43,560 nt of DNA from an uncultured Eubacteriales bacterium. Lineage in GTDB: Bacteria; Bacillota; Clostridia; Peptostreptococcales; Anaerovoracaceae. How positions within the stretch are numbered: position 1 is the first letter of the stretch; the number at the start of each line of letters is the position of its first letter. Shown here one piece after another: positions 16,622 to 23,543 of the stretch. Under the pieces are notes generated by a model. That model did not search any database. It was not told the DNA's origin and worked only from the letters and a program-made list of their open reading frames with translations. Location of the stretch: positions 1 through 43,560 of the forward strand of contig CADALS010000009.1 of assembly GCA_902788795.1 (NCBI GenBank). The letters are read 5' to 3'. The translations under genes and the position numbers were made by a program.

Positions 16622-16705
16622 TTATGACCCTAAGTTTTGACACCGCGCAAATCGCCATTTCAGAAGGCGCGCGCCATAGTATCAAAACTTAAAAGTTATG
16701 ACCCT
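16622..16705. promoter_or_regulatory. Repeat-structured region upstream of the serine recombinase gene (candidate res or autoregulatory site plus promoter)
   Basis: A perfect 10-bp inverted repeat, TAAGTTTTGA (16631-16640) and TCAAAACTTA (16682-16691), is present. A 10-bp direct repeat TTATGACCCT lies at 16622-16631 and 16696-16705. A GGCGCGCGCC palindrome lies at 16667-16676. On the minus strand there is TTGATA-17 nt-TGAAAT. Confidence 0.4.
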
Positions 16706-16710
16706 TTGAG

Positions 16711-16737
16711 GAGATGGGCAGGATCTCTGCCCATCTC
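16711..16737 (-). terminator. Hairpin downstream of the SprT-like gene
   Basis: The hairpin gagatgggcag-gatct-ctgcccatctc has an 11-bp perfect stem. Confidence 0.55.
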
Positions 16738-16746
16738 AAACCTTTA

Positions 16747-17394
16747 TTATCTGACTTGTTGTAGTTGCTCTCCGCAGTCCATGCACATGACCCTTACTTC
16801 TTTTGTGGCTCTTACGCTCATTCCGCAGCAGGGACACATATATTTTCTTGTGCTAGAAGGCTTTGTGATTTGAATGCCATTTGCTCCTGAATGAGTTCCA
16901 GTCCCTCCAACTCTTAAGCCGCTAGACTCATTTCTGAAGATTAGAATATCTGTTAGTCCATTGTCTATTACAAAGTCTAGCAGGCCTTCACCTGGCGTTG
17001 TTATTGTCCATCCATATTTTTCATCGTGCTCAACTACTAGGTCTCTGCTTTCTGCTGCTTCTTTAAAGCGTCTGTTGTGGTATGTTCCACCTCTGCTGCA
17101 GTCTTGAATTCCCATTTCGTAGTTGTAGTAATGCACCATTTCATGTAGCAGCGTTGCGGTAATGCTCTCTATAGGCATATTTAACGTTCCGGCGCCTATG
17201 TTGATCTCATGCGTTCCACCAAGTTTTGATATCCATGTATCATTTCTCAGCGAGAAGTGGCCGTAGGCTTTTGGCGTTGACTGAATTGTTATTGTTGGCC
17301 TTGAAAGTGCACCTTCAAAGTATTCATTGTTTAGCAAGTCAAAGATTTTGTTGAGGTATCCTGCGACTCTGTTATAACTTGTCATTTCTTTCAT
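16747..17394 (-). CDS. SprT-like zinc metalloprotease domain protein with a C-terminal zinc ribbon
   Basis: It has the N-terminal LNNEYFEGAL...TIQSTPKAYGHFS, the HExxH site LLHEMVHYYN followed by TYHNRRFKEAAE, and a C-terminal CPCCG...x14...CMDCG. Confidence 0.75.
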   Translation of the reverse strand: MKEMTSYNRVAGYLNKIFDLLNNEYFEGALSRPTITIQSTPKAYGHFSLRNDTWISKLGGTHEINIGAGTLNMPIESITATLLHEMVHYYNYEMGIQDCSRGGTYHNRRFKEAAESRDLVVEHDEKYGWTITTPGEGLLDFVIDNGLTDILIFRNESSGLRVGGTGTHSGANGIQITKPSSTRKYMCPCCGMSVRATKEVRVMCMDCGEQLQQVR

Positions 17395-17511
17395 GTTAGC
17401 TTCTCCTTGTTTTTACTTAAGGGGCAAGCTATAATTGTCTTGCCCCTTTGCTTAGCTCTTGGGGTTGCCCTTTACTCTTTGCTGTGGTAGGTATTTTGTA
17501 AGGGGCATTTA

Positions 17512-17790
17512 TTATGCTATTGTGAACCTGCGGCTTGCCACTTCTTTGCAGTAGGCTTTGTAAAGGCTTTCGCCAAGTTCTTCTTTGAAGCGTTTTGTAT
17601 CAAACCTGCTAGAAAGAACACTTGTGTACCTTACGATATGAGAGCCGATCTCCAGTTCTTCAGTATCGCGGCTTGCCATTTCGGCTTTAACTTCATTTCT
17701 GATTTCTTCGGCTTCTGCCTTGAGTTCTTCTATCATTGCTTCATATTCAATGAGAGATTCGATTTTCTTAAGAAGATCATTATTTGCCAT
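17512..17790 (-). CDS. Hypothetical coiled-coil protein (92 aa)
   Basis: It is the first gene of the leftward unit that is divergent from the XRE gene. It has an E/K-rich helical N-terminus. I recognise no motif. Confidence 0.6.
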   Translation of the reverse strand: MANNDLLKKIESLIEYEAMIEELKAEAEEIRNEVKAEMASRDTEELEIGSHIVRYTSVLSSRFDTKRFKEELGESLYKAYCKEVASRRFTIA

Positions 17791-17841
17791 GTCTTTTCTC
17801 CTTTTCTTTGATCTGGCCTTGATTTATCTTACACTTATATT

Positions 17842-17927
17842 ATACACTATTTTTCGTGTATGTCAACACCAAATTTCGTGTATATACATTTTTTTTAGTG
17901 TACATTTTAAAGTTGGTGTGTTATACT
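17842..17927. promoter_or_regulatory. Divergent promoter/operator region with phased repeats
   Basis: TTTCGTGTAT occurs at 17852-17861 and 17874-17883. TTTAGTGTAC occurs at 17894-17903. An inverted ATACAC lies at 17842-17847. An extended -10, TGTTATACT, ends at 17927, upstream of the XRE gene. Confidence 0.5.
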
Positions 17928-17954
17928 GTTACCAGATCTAAGGAGGCTTTAAAA

Positions 17955-18173
17955 ATGGGTTTAAAATGGAAAATTGACATACTTCAAGCCTTAAAAGAAA
18001 AAGGGATTACATCTTATACTTTGCGAAAAACCACAGACAAAAGTATAAGTTTGAGTGAATCTACAATTCAGAAATTAAGGCAAGGCGAAGGCGTATCATG
18101 GGATAATATCGAACGTATTTGTAAACTTTTAAAGTGCCAACCATCTGATATCATGGAATATATTGACGACTAG
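17955..18173 (+). CDS. XRE/Cro-CI family helix-turn-helix regulator (72 aa)
   Basis: The ATG at 17955 is preceded by AGGAGG (17941-17946). The sequence GITSYTLRKTTDKSISLSESTIQKLRQGEGVSWDNIERICKLLKCQPSDIMEY is a typical HTH_26/XRE type. Confidence 0.8.
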   Translation: MGLKWKIDILQALKEKGITSYTLRKTTDKSISLSESTIQKLRQGEGVSWDNIERICKLLKCQPSDIMEYIDD

Positions 18174-18250
18174 GGGATGTAATTGGGATTTCTCCTTTTA
18201 CCTTAGTTCTGATATCGTATTCCCTAGGACATACGTAGTTTGAAATAAAA

Positions 18251-18280
18251 AAACGAAGCCATAAACATGGCTTCGTTTCT
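18251..18280 (+). terminator. Rho-independent terminator
   Basis: The hairpin is aaacgaagccat-aaac-atggcttcgttt, followed by a T-rich tail. Confidence 0.75.
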
Positions 18281-18397
18281 GAAAAGTAGATCCGCGCAAA
18301 CAAAAGTTTACTTAATAATGTAAATTCAAGGGTATCTATTATATAAAGATTATATATTGTTCTTATAAGTAGAAAGGACTAATTTCTAATTTCCTAT

Positions 18398-18709
18398 ATG
18401 CTGCGCGCATGGCAGTCTAATAAAAAAGATATGACAAAAGTTACTGTACACAAAATAGATGATAAGCACATTATTACTGATTTTCAATTTGGTAAAGATA
18501 CATCACCTGAACAATCCTATAGAGAAGTTTTAAGTGCGATTATCGAGTTTGCAAAACTTAATGCTGCAGCATGTAATAAGATAGCACCTGATTCTATTAC
18601 GTGGCCAGAAGTTATAGATAAGATGGTGTCTGACCTTCAATTTGCTAGAAATACTATAGCGCGGAGGCTAGAAGAGGGGACTTTATCAGATAAGTATTGG
18701 AAAGACTAA
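18398..18709 (+). CDS. Hypothetical protein (103 aa)
   Basis: The support is the ORF alone. The RBS is weak and an alternative start exists at MTKVTV. Confidence 0.4.
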   Translation: MLRAWQSNKKDMTKVTVHKIDDKHIITDFQFGKDTSPEQSYREVLSAIIEFAKLNAAACNKIAPDSITWPEVIDKMVSDLQFARNTIARRLEEGTLSDKYWKD

Positions 18710-19077
18710 AACTTGATAGTTTTTTTGATCTCTTTCGTGATGTGTTCTGCAAGTACCTTTTGCGTTCTTTTATCAGTTAAGATTGAACCTACATTTTCAA
18801 TTGCAACATCAACACAAGTTTCTACATCAAAAGCTAAATCATTGATAAAAGCGGCATAGGCTTCGGCATACGCTGCCTTTTGTATATCACCAATTAGTTT
18901 CTCTATTTTTCTATCACATACTTCATTGGCAACTTGTTCTGCAATCTCTTTCATCTCTTCATGGTGTTCACGTGCAAATCCTCCATGATAGTCTGCAGTT
19001 CCTGGACTACTCGCGTTTTCCGAAATAGGAAAGCGAGACTCAATATAAGACCCATTACTTAGTTTGTACATAAACAT
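18706..19077 (-). CDS. Hypothetical protein (last gene of the leftward small-gene operon)
   Basis: The track ORF is 18706..19128. I prefer the ATG at 19077 (MFMYKLSNG), which has AAGGAG upstream. I recognise no motif. Confidence 0.5.
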   Translation of the reverse strand: MFMYKLSNGSYIESRFPISENASSPGTADYHGGFAREHHEEMKEIAEQVANEVCDRKIEKLIGDIQKAAYAEAYAAFINDLAFDVETCVDVAIENVGSILTDKRTQKVLAEHITKEIKKTIKF

Positions 19078-19339
19078 TGGAAATCTGCTCCTTAACATTT
19101 TCTGAAATAGCGACTGCCGCGGAGTCAATAGTACTCATTTCATTCGGATATGCCTCTCTTAGTTTGTACATGATGTACACGAGTGTTTTTTCACTAGGTT
19201 GATTGTTTCCTCTGACATAGTACAAAGCATCCTTTTTCAAAGAAGTATCTGAACTGATTTTATTCATAGAGTATTGATAGATTGTTTGTAGAGATTTTAA
19301 ATAAAACTCTACTGTTTCTTTCGTAATTGCGTTACTCAT
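19055..19339 (-). CDS. Hypothetical protein (94 aa)
   Basis: I prefer the ATG at 19339 (MSNAITKETVEFYLK). It overlaps the upstream stop as ATGAGTAA, which suggests translational coupling. Confidence 0.5.
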   Translation of the reverse strand: MSNAITKETVEFYLKSLQTIYQYSMNKISSDTSLKKDALYYVRGNNQPSEKTLVYIMYKLREAYPNEMSTIDSAAVAISENVKEQISNVYVQTK

Positions 19340-19628
19340 AGTCGAAATCGTATTCATAGGCATCAATATAATCCTCCACATTAGGTAATGCATCCATTAT
19401 TTCTTTAAGTCTGGGTGCTAGTGAGTAATAGTCCACATCATGCATCAATGCATCTATCAGATCCTCTTCACTAATACCTGCTTGATAAAGAAGGCGCTTA
19501 ATAGCATCGGCGCAATCACATTCATCACACAAAGCTGGACCATAGTCCTCTAGCATTGCTATAAGTGCTTTTTTTACACTGTCATCCTTACACAGTGCCG
19601 TTATAGTGGGGTTAGTATCATAATTCAT
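19332..19628 (-). CDS. Highly acidic small protein (98 aa)
   Basis: I prefer the ATG at 19628 (MNYDTNP), which has GGAGGAG 8 nt upstream. By hand count it has 24 Asp/Glu against 7 Lys/Arg, and it ends DYIDAYEYDFDYE. Confidence 0.6.
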   Translation of the reverse strand: MNYDTNPTITALCKDDSVKKALIAMLEDYGPALCDECDCADAIKRLLYQAGISEEDLIDALMHDVDYYSLAPRLKEIMDALPNVEDYIDAYEYDFDYE

Positions 19629-20457
19629 AATCTTCTCCTCCATTTGTGTTTATTTTCATCACGCTAGTTACTGCATCATGTGCAGTTAAGTGTTCTATTG
19701 TTATTAATCTTACAATCTCTTTGTACTGACCGTCATCATACCTATATGCAAAATTAAGAATATCTTCTGCATCGTGAATTCTTTGTACAATAAGCTCTTC
19801 TGAAACTGGCGCACCACTTATTTGATTGTCTATTAGTCGTTTACCTGCCCTAAAAATATGTGGAGTATTTAAATCGTCTTTCAATGTATTATTACTTGTA
19901 TTATTACTTGTGTTATTTGTATTATTTCTCTCTGGTTCTACAGAAGTTTTTTTCGTGAAATCCGAATCTGGATTCTTGATTTCAGAATTCGATTTCGGTT
20001 TTTCAGTTTTCTTATTTTCAGAATTCTCCCAATCATTAATTGGCGGTTTTTCAGAAATCTTGCCACTTAACATGTCTTGAACTGTTTGTTCATCAAGTGT
20101 TTTTTCTGCTGCGCCTTGGTTTTCAAAATTCATAGACCTAAACTGTTCAGGTAATTCATGAAAGATATAATAGTTGCTACCGTCTCTAACAGGGACAAGA
20201 TATTTATTGTTAATAAGGGATTCGACAGCCTTGTAATATGCATCCTTCTTGATTCCCCATGCTTCACATGCCTTTTGAGACAAATCAAAACCATATTTGT
20301 TTTGATTCTTTGTCATATAACACCACAGTTTAAAATCGTTATTTCGAAGAACCACCATTGCCGTTTGTAAGGCTTTCAGATTAATAATTGAGTAAAAGTT
20401 CTGCTTGTTACTTGTTTCTTTTAGTATCGTGATATGTAATTGATTTGGTACACTCAC
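19618..20457 (-). CDS. Putative winged-helix DNA-binding protein, possibly a replication or initiator-type factor
   Basis: The N-terminal ~100 aa (FKLWCYMTKNQNKYGFDLSQKACEAWGIKKDAYYKAVESLINNKYLV) look like wHTH. A central N/T-rich low-complexity tract (NNTNNTSNNTSNNT) follows. The functional call is weak. Confidence 0.4.
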   Translation of the reverse strand: MSVPNQLHITILKETSNKQNFYSIINLKALQTAMVVLRNNDFKLWCYMTKNQNKYGFDLSQKACEAWGIKKDAYYKAVESLINNKYLVPVRDGSNYYIFHELPEQFRSMNFENQGAAEKTLDEQTVQDMLSGKISEKPPINDWENSENKKTEKPKSNSEIKNPDSDFTKKTSVEPERNNTNNTSNNTSNNTLKDDLNTPHIFRAGKRLIDNQISGAPVSEELIVQRIHDAEDILNFAYRYDDGQYKEIVRLITIEHLTAHDAVTSVMKINTNGGEDYEL

Positions 20458-20628
20458 ACTCTTTTCTCCTTTCTTTATCTATAGGCGCTAAGATCAACAA
20501 TTTGCGTTTTGTCTTTCTGCAATCGCCGTAGGATAAATATACTAAGCTTTTCTCATCTACATTATTAAGTAGGATTTTTAATAAACTACTCTACAAATTT
20601 GGAAAATTAGAGTTTTTAAAATTTGCAG

Positions 20629-21075
20629 TTATGCTGCATCAGTAGTTTTACTTTTGTTTAGCATTTCCATAAGTGCCAGTTTGTTATTGATGTCCTCCTG
20701 TACATAGTCTTCTATATCTTCTGCCTCTGGATAGTTTAAAAAGAACCAATCTTCAAGCGTGTGAAATCTGTTGATATTATTCATACCCTTTGTTAGTACC
20801 TTAAGTTGATTGAACTGCATCAGTTCATCTTTGCTTCCAAATAGGGTAATGTACGTTTCCATGAAACCAACTGTCAGACCTTTATAAGTTCTCTTATTTT
20901 TTTTCTTGGCTATGCTTCGCACTACGACATCAAAGTTTGGGTACATCTCAATTGCTTCCTTAAGCTTAAGAACTTCCTGACGATTCTGGGGGTCTCTCGA
21001 CCGCTTTGCAAACTGTGCAGTAAGAATTATCTGTTTGTTACAGTAGTCCACTCTGTAATCATTCATTCTATTCAC
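20629..21075 (-). CDS. Hypothetical protein, paralog of the 21084..21563 product
   Basis: The two share blocks: FMETYITLFG against FMEAYIIAKK, and EDWFFLNYPE against RNWFLETYTE. Confidence 0.6.
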   Translation of the reverse strand: MNRMNDYRVDYCNKQIILTAQFAKRSRDPQNRQEVLKLKEAIEMYPNFDVVVRSIAKKKNKRTYKGLTVGFMETYITLFGSKDELMQFNQLKVLTKGMNNINRFHTLEDWFFLNYPEAEDIEDYVQEDINNKLALMEMLNKSKTTDAA

Positions 21076-21083
21076 CTCCCGGG

Positions 21084-21563
21084 TTAGGCTGCCTTATTAT
21101 CTAAGACAGCCTTGACCTCAATAAGCCGCTCCATTTCTTCTACTCTCTTGGACATCTTGGTAGCTTCGCGCTTAGTCTTGCGCTGTGCCTTCATTTCGTT
21201 AATTTGGTTTACATAGTCGTTGATTTCGGTATAGGTTTCGAGGAACCAATTTCTAATGCTAAAGAAGTCATCCGCGACAAGTCCAATTACTTTTTTTCCA
21301 TCGCTGTCGCAACCCTTTTTAGTGTAGAAAGCTTCGAGGTTTTTGGTGTCCTTCTTTGCAATAATGTAGGCTTCCATAAATTCAAGGTTGATTCTGTCAA
21401 TGTAGTCCTTGTTTTTCTTCTCTTTTTCGACAACCAATTTGTAGGAAGGGAACCTCTCCATCTGGGCTGCAAGCTCATCGTACTTTATGGAACCAATTAT
21501 GCCTGCTGCCTTGCTCTCGGACTTAGTGATAACGATTGTACTGTTTTCGTGATTAATGAACAT
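21084..21563 (-). CDS. Hypothetical protein, paralog of the 20629..21075 product
   Basis: See the paired blocks above. It has a basic coiled-coil C-terminus. Confidence 0.6.
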   Translation of the reverse strand: MFINHENSTIVITKSESKAAGIIGSIKYDELAAQMERFPSYKLVVEKEKKNKDYIDRINLEFMEAYIIAKKDTKNLEAFYTKKGCDSDGKKVIGLVADDFFSIRNWFLETYTEINDYVNQINEMKAQRKTKREATKMSKRVEEMERLIEVKAVLDNKAA

Positions 21564-21662
21564 ATTTAAGCCTTTCTGCGGTTGGTGGGTTTTCCGCGCC
21601 CTTTCGTTTGTGTGTTTTTGATCAATTATGCATTGATCTTCTACTATGTTTGTTTTACAGTT

Positions 21663-21923
21663 TTAAGCTACAATTGCATATCTTACAGAAACAGTTTTGC
21701 GCATAAATGTGTTTCTGAAATAGTTGTCAAATATCATGAAGTCTGTAAACTCATGCATTTCATTTTCATTGAAGTCTTCGAAGCATACTATGAAACGTTT
21801 CTTCCCCATGGAGTTTTCCTGGATAGCTACCATTTCTTCATAGTCTTCTTTAGCAGAGTCTTTTCTTATGATGACTTTATATACCTCACGATTATTCTGC
21901 TTTTCAGATTTCTTGACACTCAT
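21663..21923 (-). CDS. Hypothetical protein (86 aa)
   Basis: A GGAG lies 8 nt upstream of the ATG at 21923. I recognise no motif. Confidence 0.55.
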   Translation of the reverse strand: MSVKKSEKQNNREVYKVIIRKDSAKEDYEEMVAIQENSMGKKRFIVCFEDFNENEMHEFTDFMIFDNYFRNTFMRKTVSVRYAIVA

Positions 21924-21945
21924 TTCTTTTTCTCCTTTCTTGGTT

Positions 21946-22134
21946 TTATACTCTCATGCTCGAGGCTTTTCTATTCAAATCCTTGAATATGGCCCCATAT
22001 AACTCATCGTGATAACTAGTTCTTTCATCTTCTGCCATCCAATCCCCAGATTCAGTGGTGTAACCAAATCTACAGTAGGTATCACGATTACCATAGGCTG
22101 TTTTGTAGTACATATTGTTTGTTTTTCTTTTCAT
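21946..22134 (-). CDS. Hypothetical protein (62 aa from the preferred start)
   Basis: The track ORF runs to 22167, where the start is TTG. I prefer the ATG at 22134 (MKRKTNNMYY), which has GGAG 7 nt upstream. Confidence 0.5.
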   Translation of the reverse strand: MKRKTNNMYYKTAYGNRDTYCRFGYTTESGDWMAEDERTSYHDELYGAIFKDLNRKASSMRV

Positions 22135-22510
22135 TGTTATTCTCCTTTTCATTGGTTTTTGTTTCAAAGTTGTTTAAGTTTTGTTCGTTTTTCTTTTGTT
22201 TTTTACATGCTAATTATAGCAATTTGACGCGATCAAAATGTCATTATAATAGTACATTTGCGATGGGGGAATTAGACGTGCAGAAACGCTGAAAACCGTT
22301 GAAATTTCAAGAAAAAACAACATAGGAATTTGATATAAAGTTGTAGTAAAGTTGTTCAAATCATGTTATAGTATAGATAGTAAGTTTATATAAAACTGAT
22401 AGAACCAAGAGCCTTAACTGATTAAAAACCAAGAGGATTAAGAAACAAAAACCCAAAAGACATTGATTTTTCAATAAGCGTAAAGTATACAAAAAATAAA
22501 AAAACGCGCT

Positions 22511-22609
22511 TTGGTCCCGAACCAAGCACGCTACCATCTGCGCTACACCCCGATACCAGCTGCCTATCCGGCGGACCGGACAAGGCTATATAATATGCTC
22601 CGAAAAATC
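22511..22609. repeat. attR: right copy of the 99-bp direct repeat (truncated 5' half of tRNA-Pro plus its native upstream DNA)
   Basis: It is identical to 10222-10320. It lacks tRNA positions 43-76, so it is not a functional tRNA. Confidence 0.95.
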
Positions 22610-22673
22610 GTGCCCGAAATGTCAACCAAATATTTGCGCAAATATAGAAAACATGGCCTAAAACGGCGGTTTT

Positions 22674-23408
22674 CTACTTGTTGCAGAGCGCGCCGACTAT
22701 TTCCTCGCAAAGAGCCTTATAGGCCTGGTAGTCCTCGTTGCCCTCTGTGTCCGGCGTGTACTTGTCCACGTATTCGTTTGCGGCGTGTGTGGGCGGCTTG
22801 ATGCCGTAGCCGTAGACGCTCTGGTGGTGGGTGGCCCTGATCGCGGCCTCTTTAGCCTCGCCCTCTGCGTACGGGTCTATGCTTACGTAGCCGCTGTTGA
22901 CCTTGAACCTTACAGTGTCGAAATACGGGTTCTTAACGTAGACCGTAATGTAGAAATCGTACCTGTAGGTGTAGCGCTTGGGGTCGTAGCTGGTAAAGGC
23001 GCTCTTTTCTGTCTTGTAGGTTATCTCGGACTTGCTTTCGGAAACATCCCAGCGCGCGGATGTAACATCGTCAAAGTCGAAAACGTCCGGGTTGGCCTTG
23101 GTAAGATCAGAAGAGGAAGTGATCATGATCTTTCTGGCGTCGTCGTCAAACAGGACTTTGCAGGAGTCCCCAAGGCTTCTTGTTACGCGGAAGGCTTCTA
23201 CTTTTGGCAGGTTCTCCTTGCGGTACATAAGGTGTTCGTGGATGTCCGCAACGGAGGTCGTTTTGCCTATGGACCACCAGTGAGATATCTGCGAGGCGCA
23301 CTTTTTGCAGATGTAGCCGTCCTTTAGCGTGGTGTGGCCGAATACACCGAGCTTTTCTCCGCAGAAATCGCAGAATTTCTTTTCAAAAAGGCCGCTTAAA
23401 ATTCCCAT
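22674..23408 (-). CDS. DUF4428-type zinc-ribbon protein (244 aa)
   Basis: The ATG at 23408 follows AGGAGG. The N-terminus MGILSGLFEKKFCDFCGEKLG...YICKKCASQ is the typical CxxC...CxxC opening of this family. Confidence 0.7.
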   Translation of the reverse strand: MGILSGLFEKKFCDFCGEKLGVFGHTTLKDGYICKKCASQISHWWSIGKTTSVADIHEHLMYRKENLPKVEAFRVTRSLGDSCKVLFDDDARKIMITSSSDLTKANPDVFDFDDVTSARWDVSESKSEITYKTEKSAFTSYDPKRYTYRYDFYITVYVKNPYFDTVRFKVNSGYVSIDPYAEGEAKEAAIRATHHQSVYGYGIKPPTHAANEYVDKYTPDTEGNEDYQAYKALCEEIVGALCNK

Positions 23409-23543
23409 GTTCCATCCTCCTTGTTTCTTGATATTTATATTATAGCACAGCATAAAAACTTCTCAAAACACATAAATTATTATGATATAATTAATCGTAA
23501 CGATTTTTATGCACTGGCATATCGGTTAATGAAAGGAGTTTTT

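Larger units (their letters stand above)
10222..22609. mobile_element. tRNA-Pro-integrated genomic island or integrative element (~12.3 kb, AT-rich)
   Basis: Perfect 99-bp direct repeats lie at both ends and a tyrosine integrase sits directly inside attL. GC drops sharply (16/60 at 10381-10440 against 37/60 at 8281-8340). The content is recombinases, an XRE switch and small unknown genes. Confidence 0.9.

Noticed and set aside
16631-16691. An invertible promoter switch flanked by the 10-bp inverted repeats next to the serine recombinase.
   Set aside because: The segment between the repeats is only 41 bp, which is too short for recombinase-mediated inversion. Inversion would also point the promoter at the 3' end of a convergent gene. 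A binding or res-like site is more plausible.
22404-22440. Repeated AACCAAGAG motifs near attR, considered as integrase arm-type sites; they also resemble GAACCAAG in the core.
   Set aside because: There are only two short copies and no matching set at the attL side that I could verify. The evidence is too weak to annotate.
10222-22609. Interpreting the island as a prophage.
   Set aside because: I can recognise no terminase, portal, capsid, tail or lysis genes. At 12 kb it is too small for a tailed phage. A satellite or mobilisable island is the more defensible reading.
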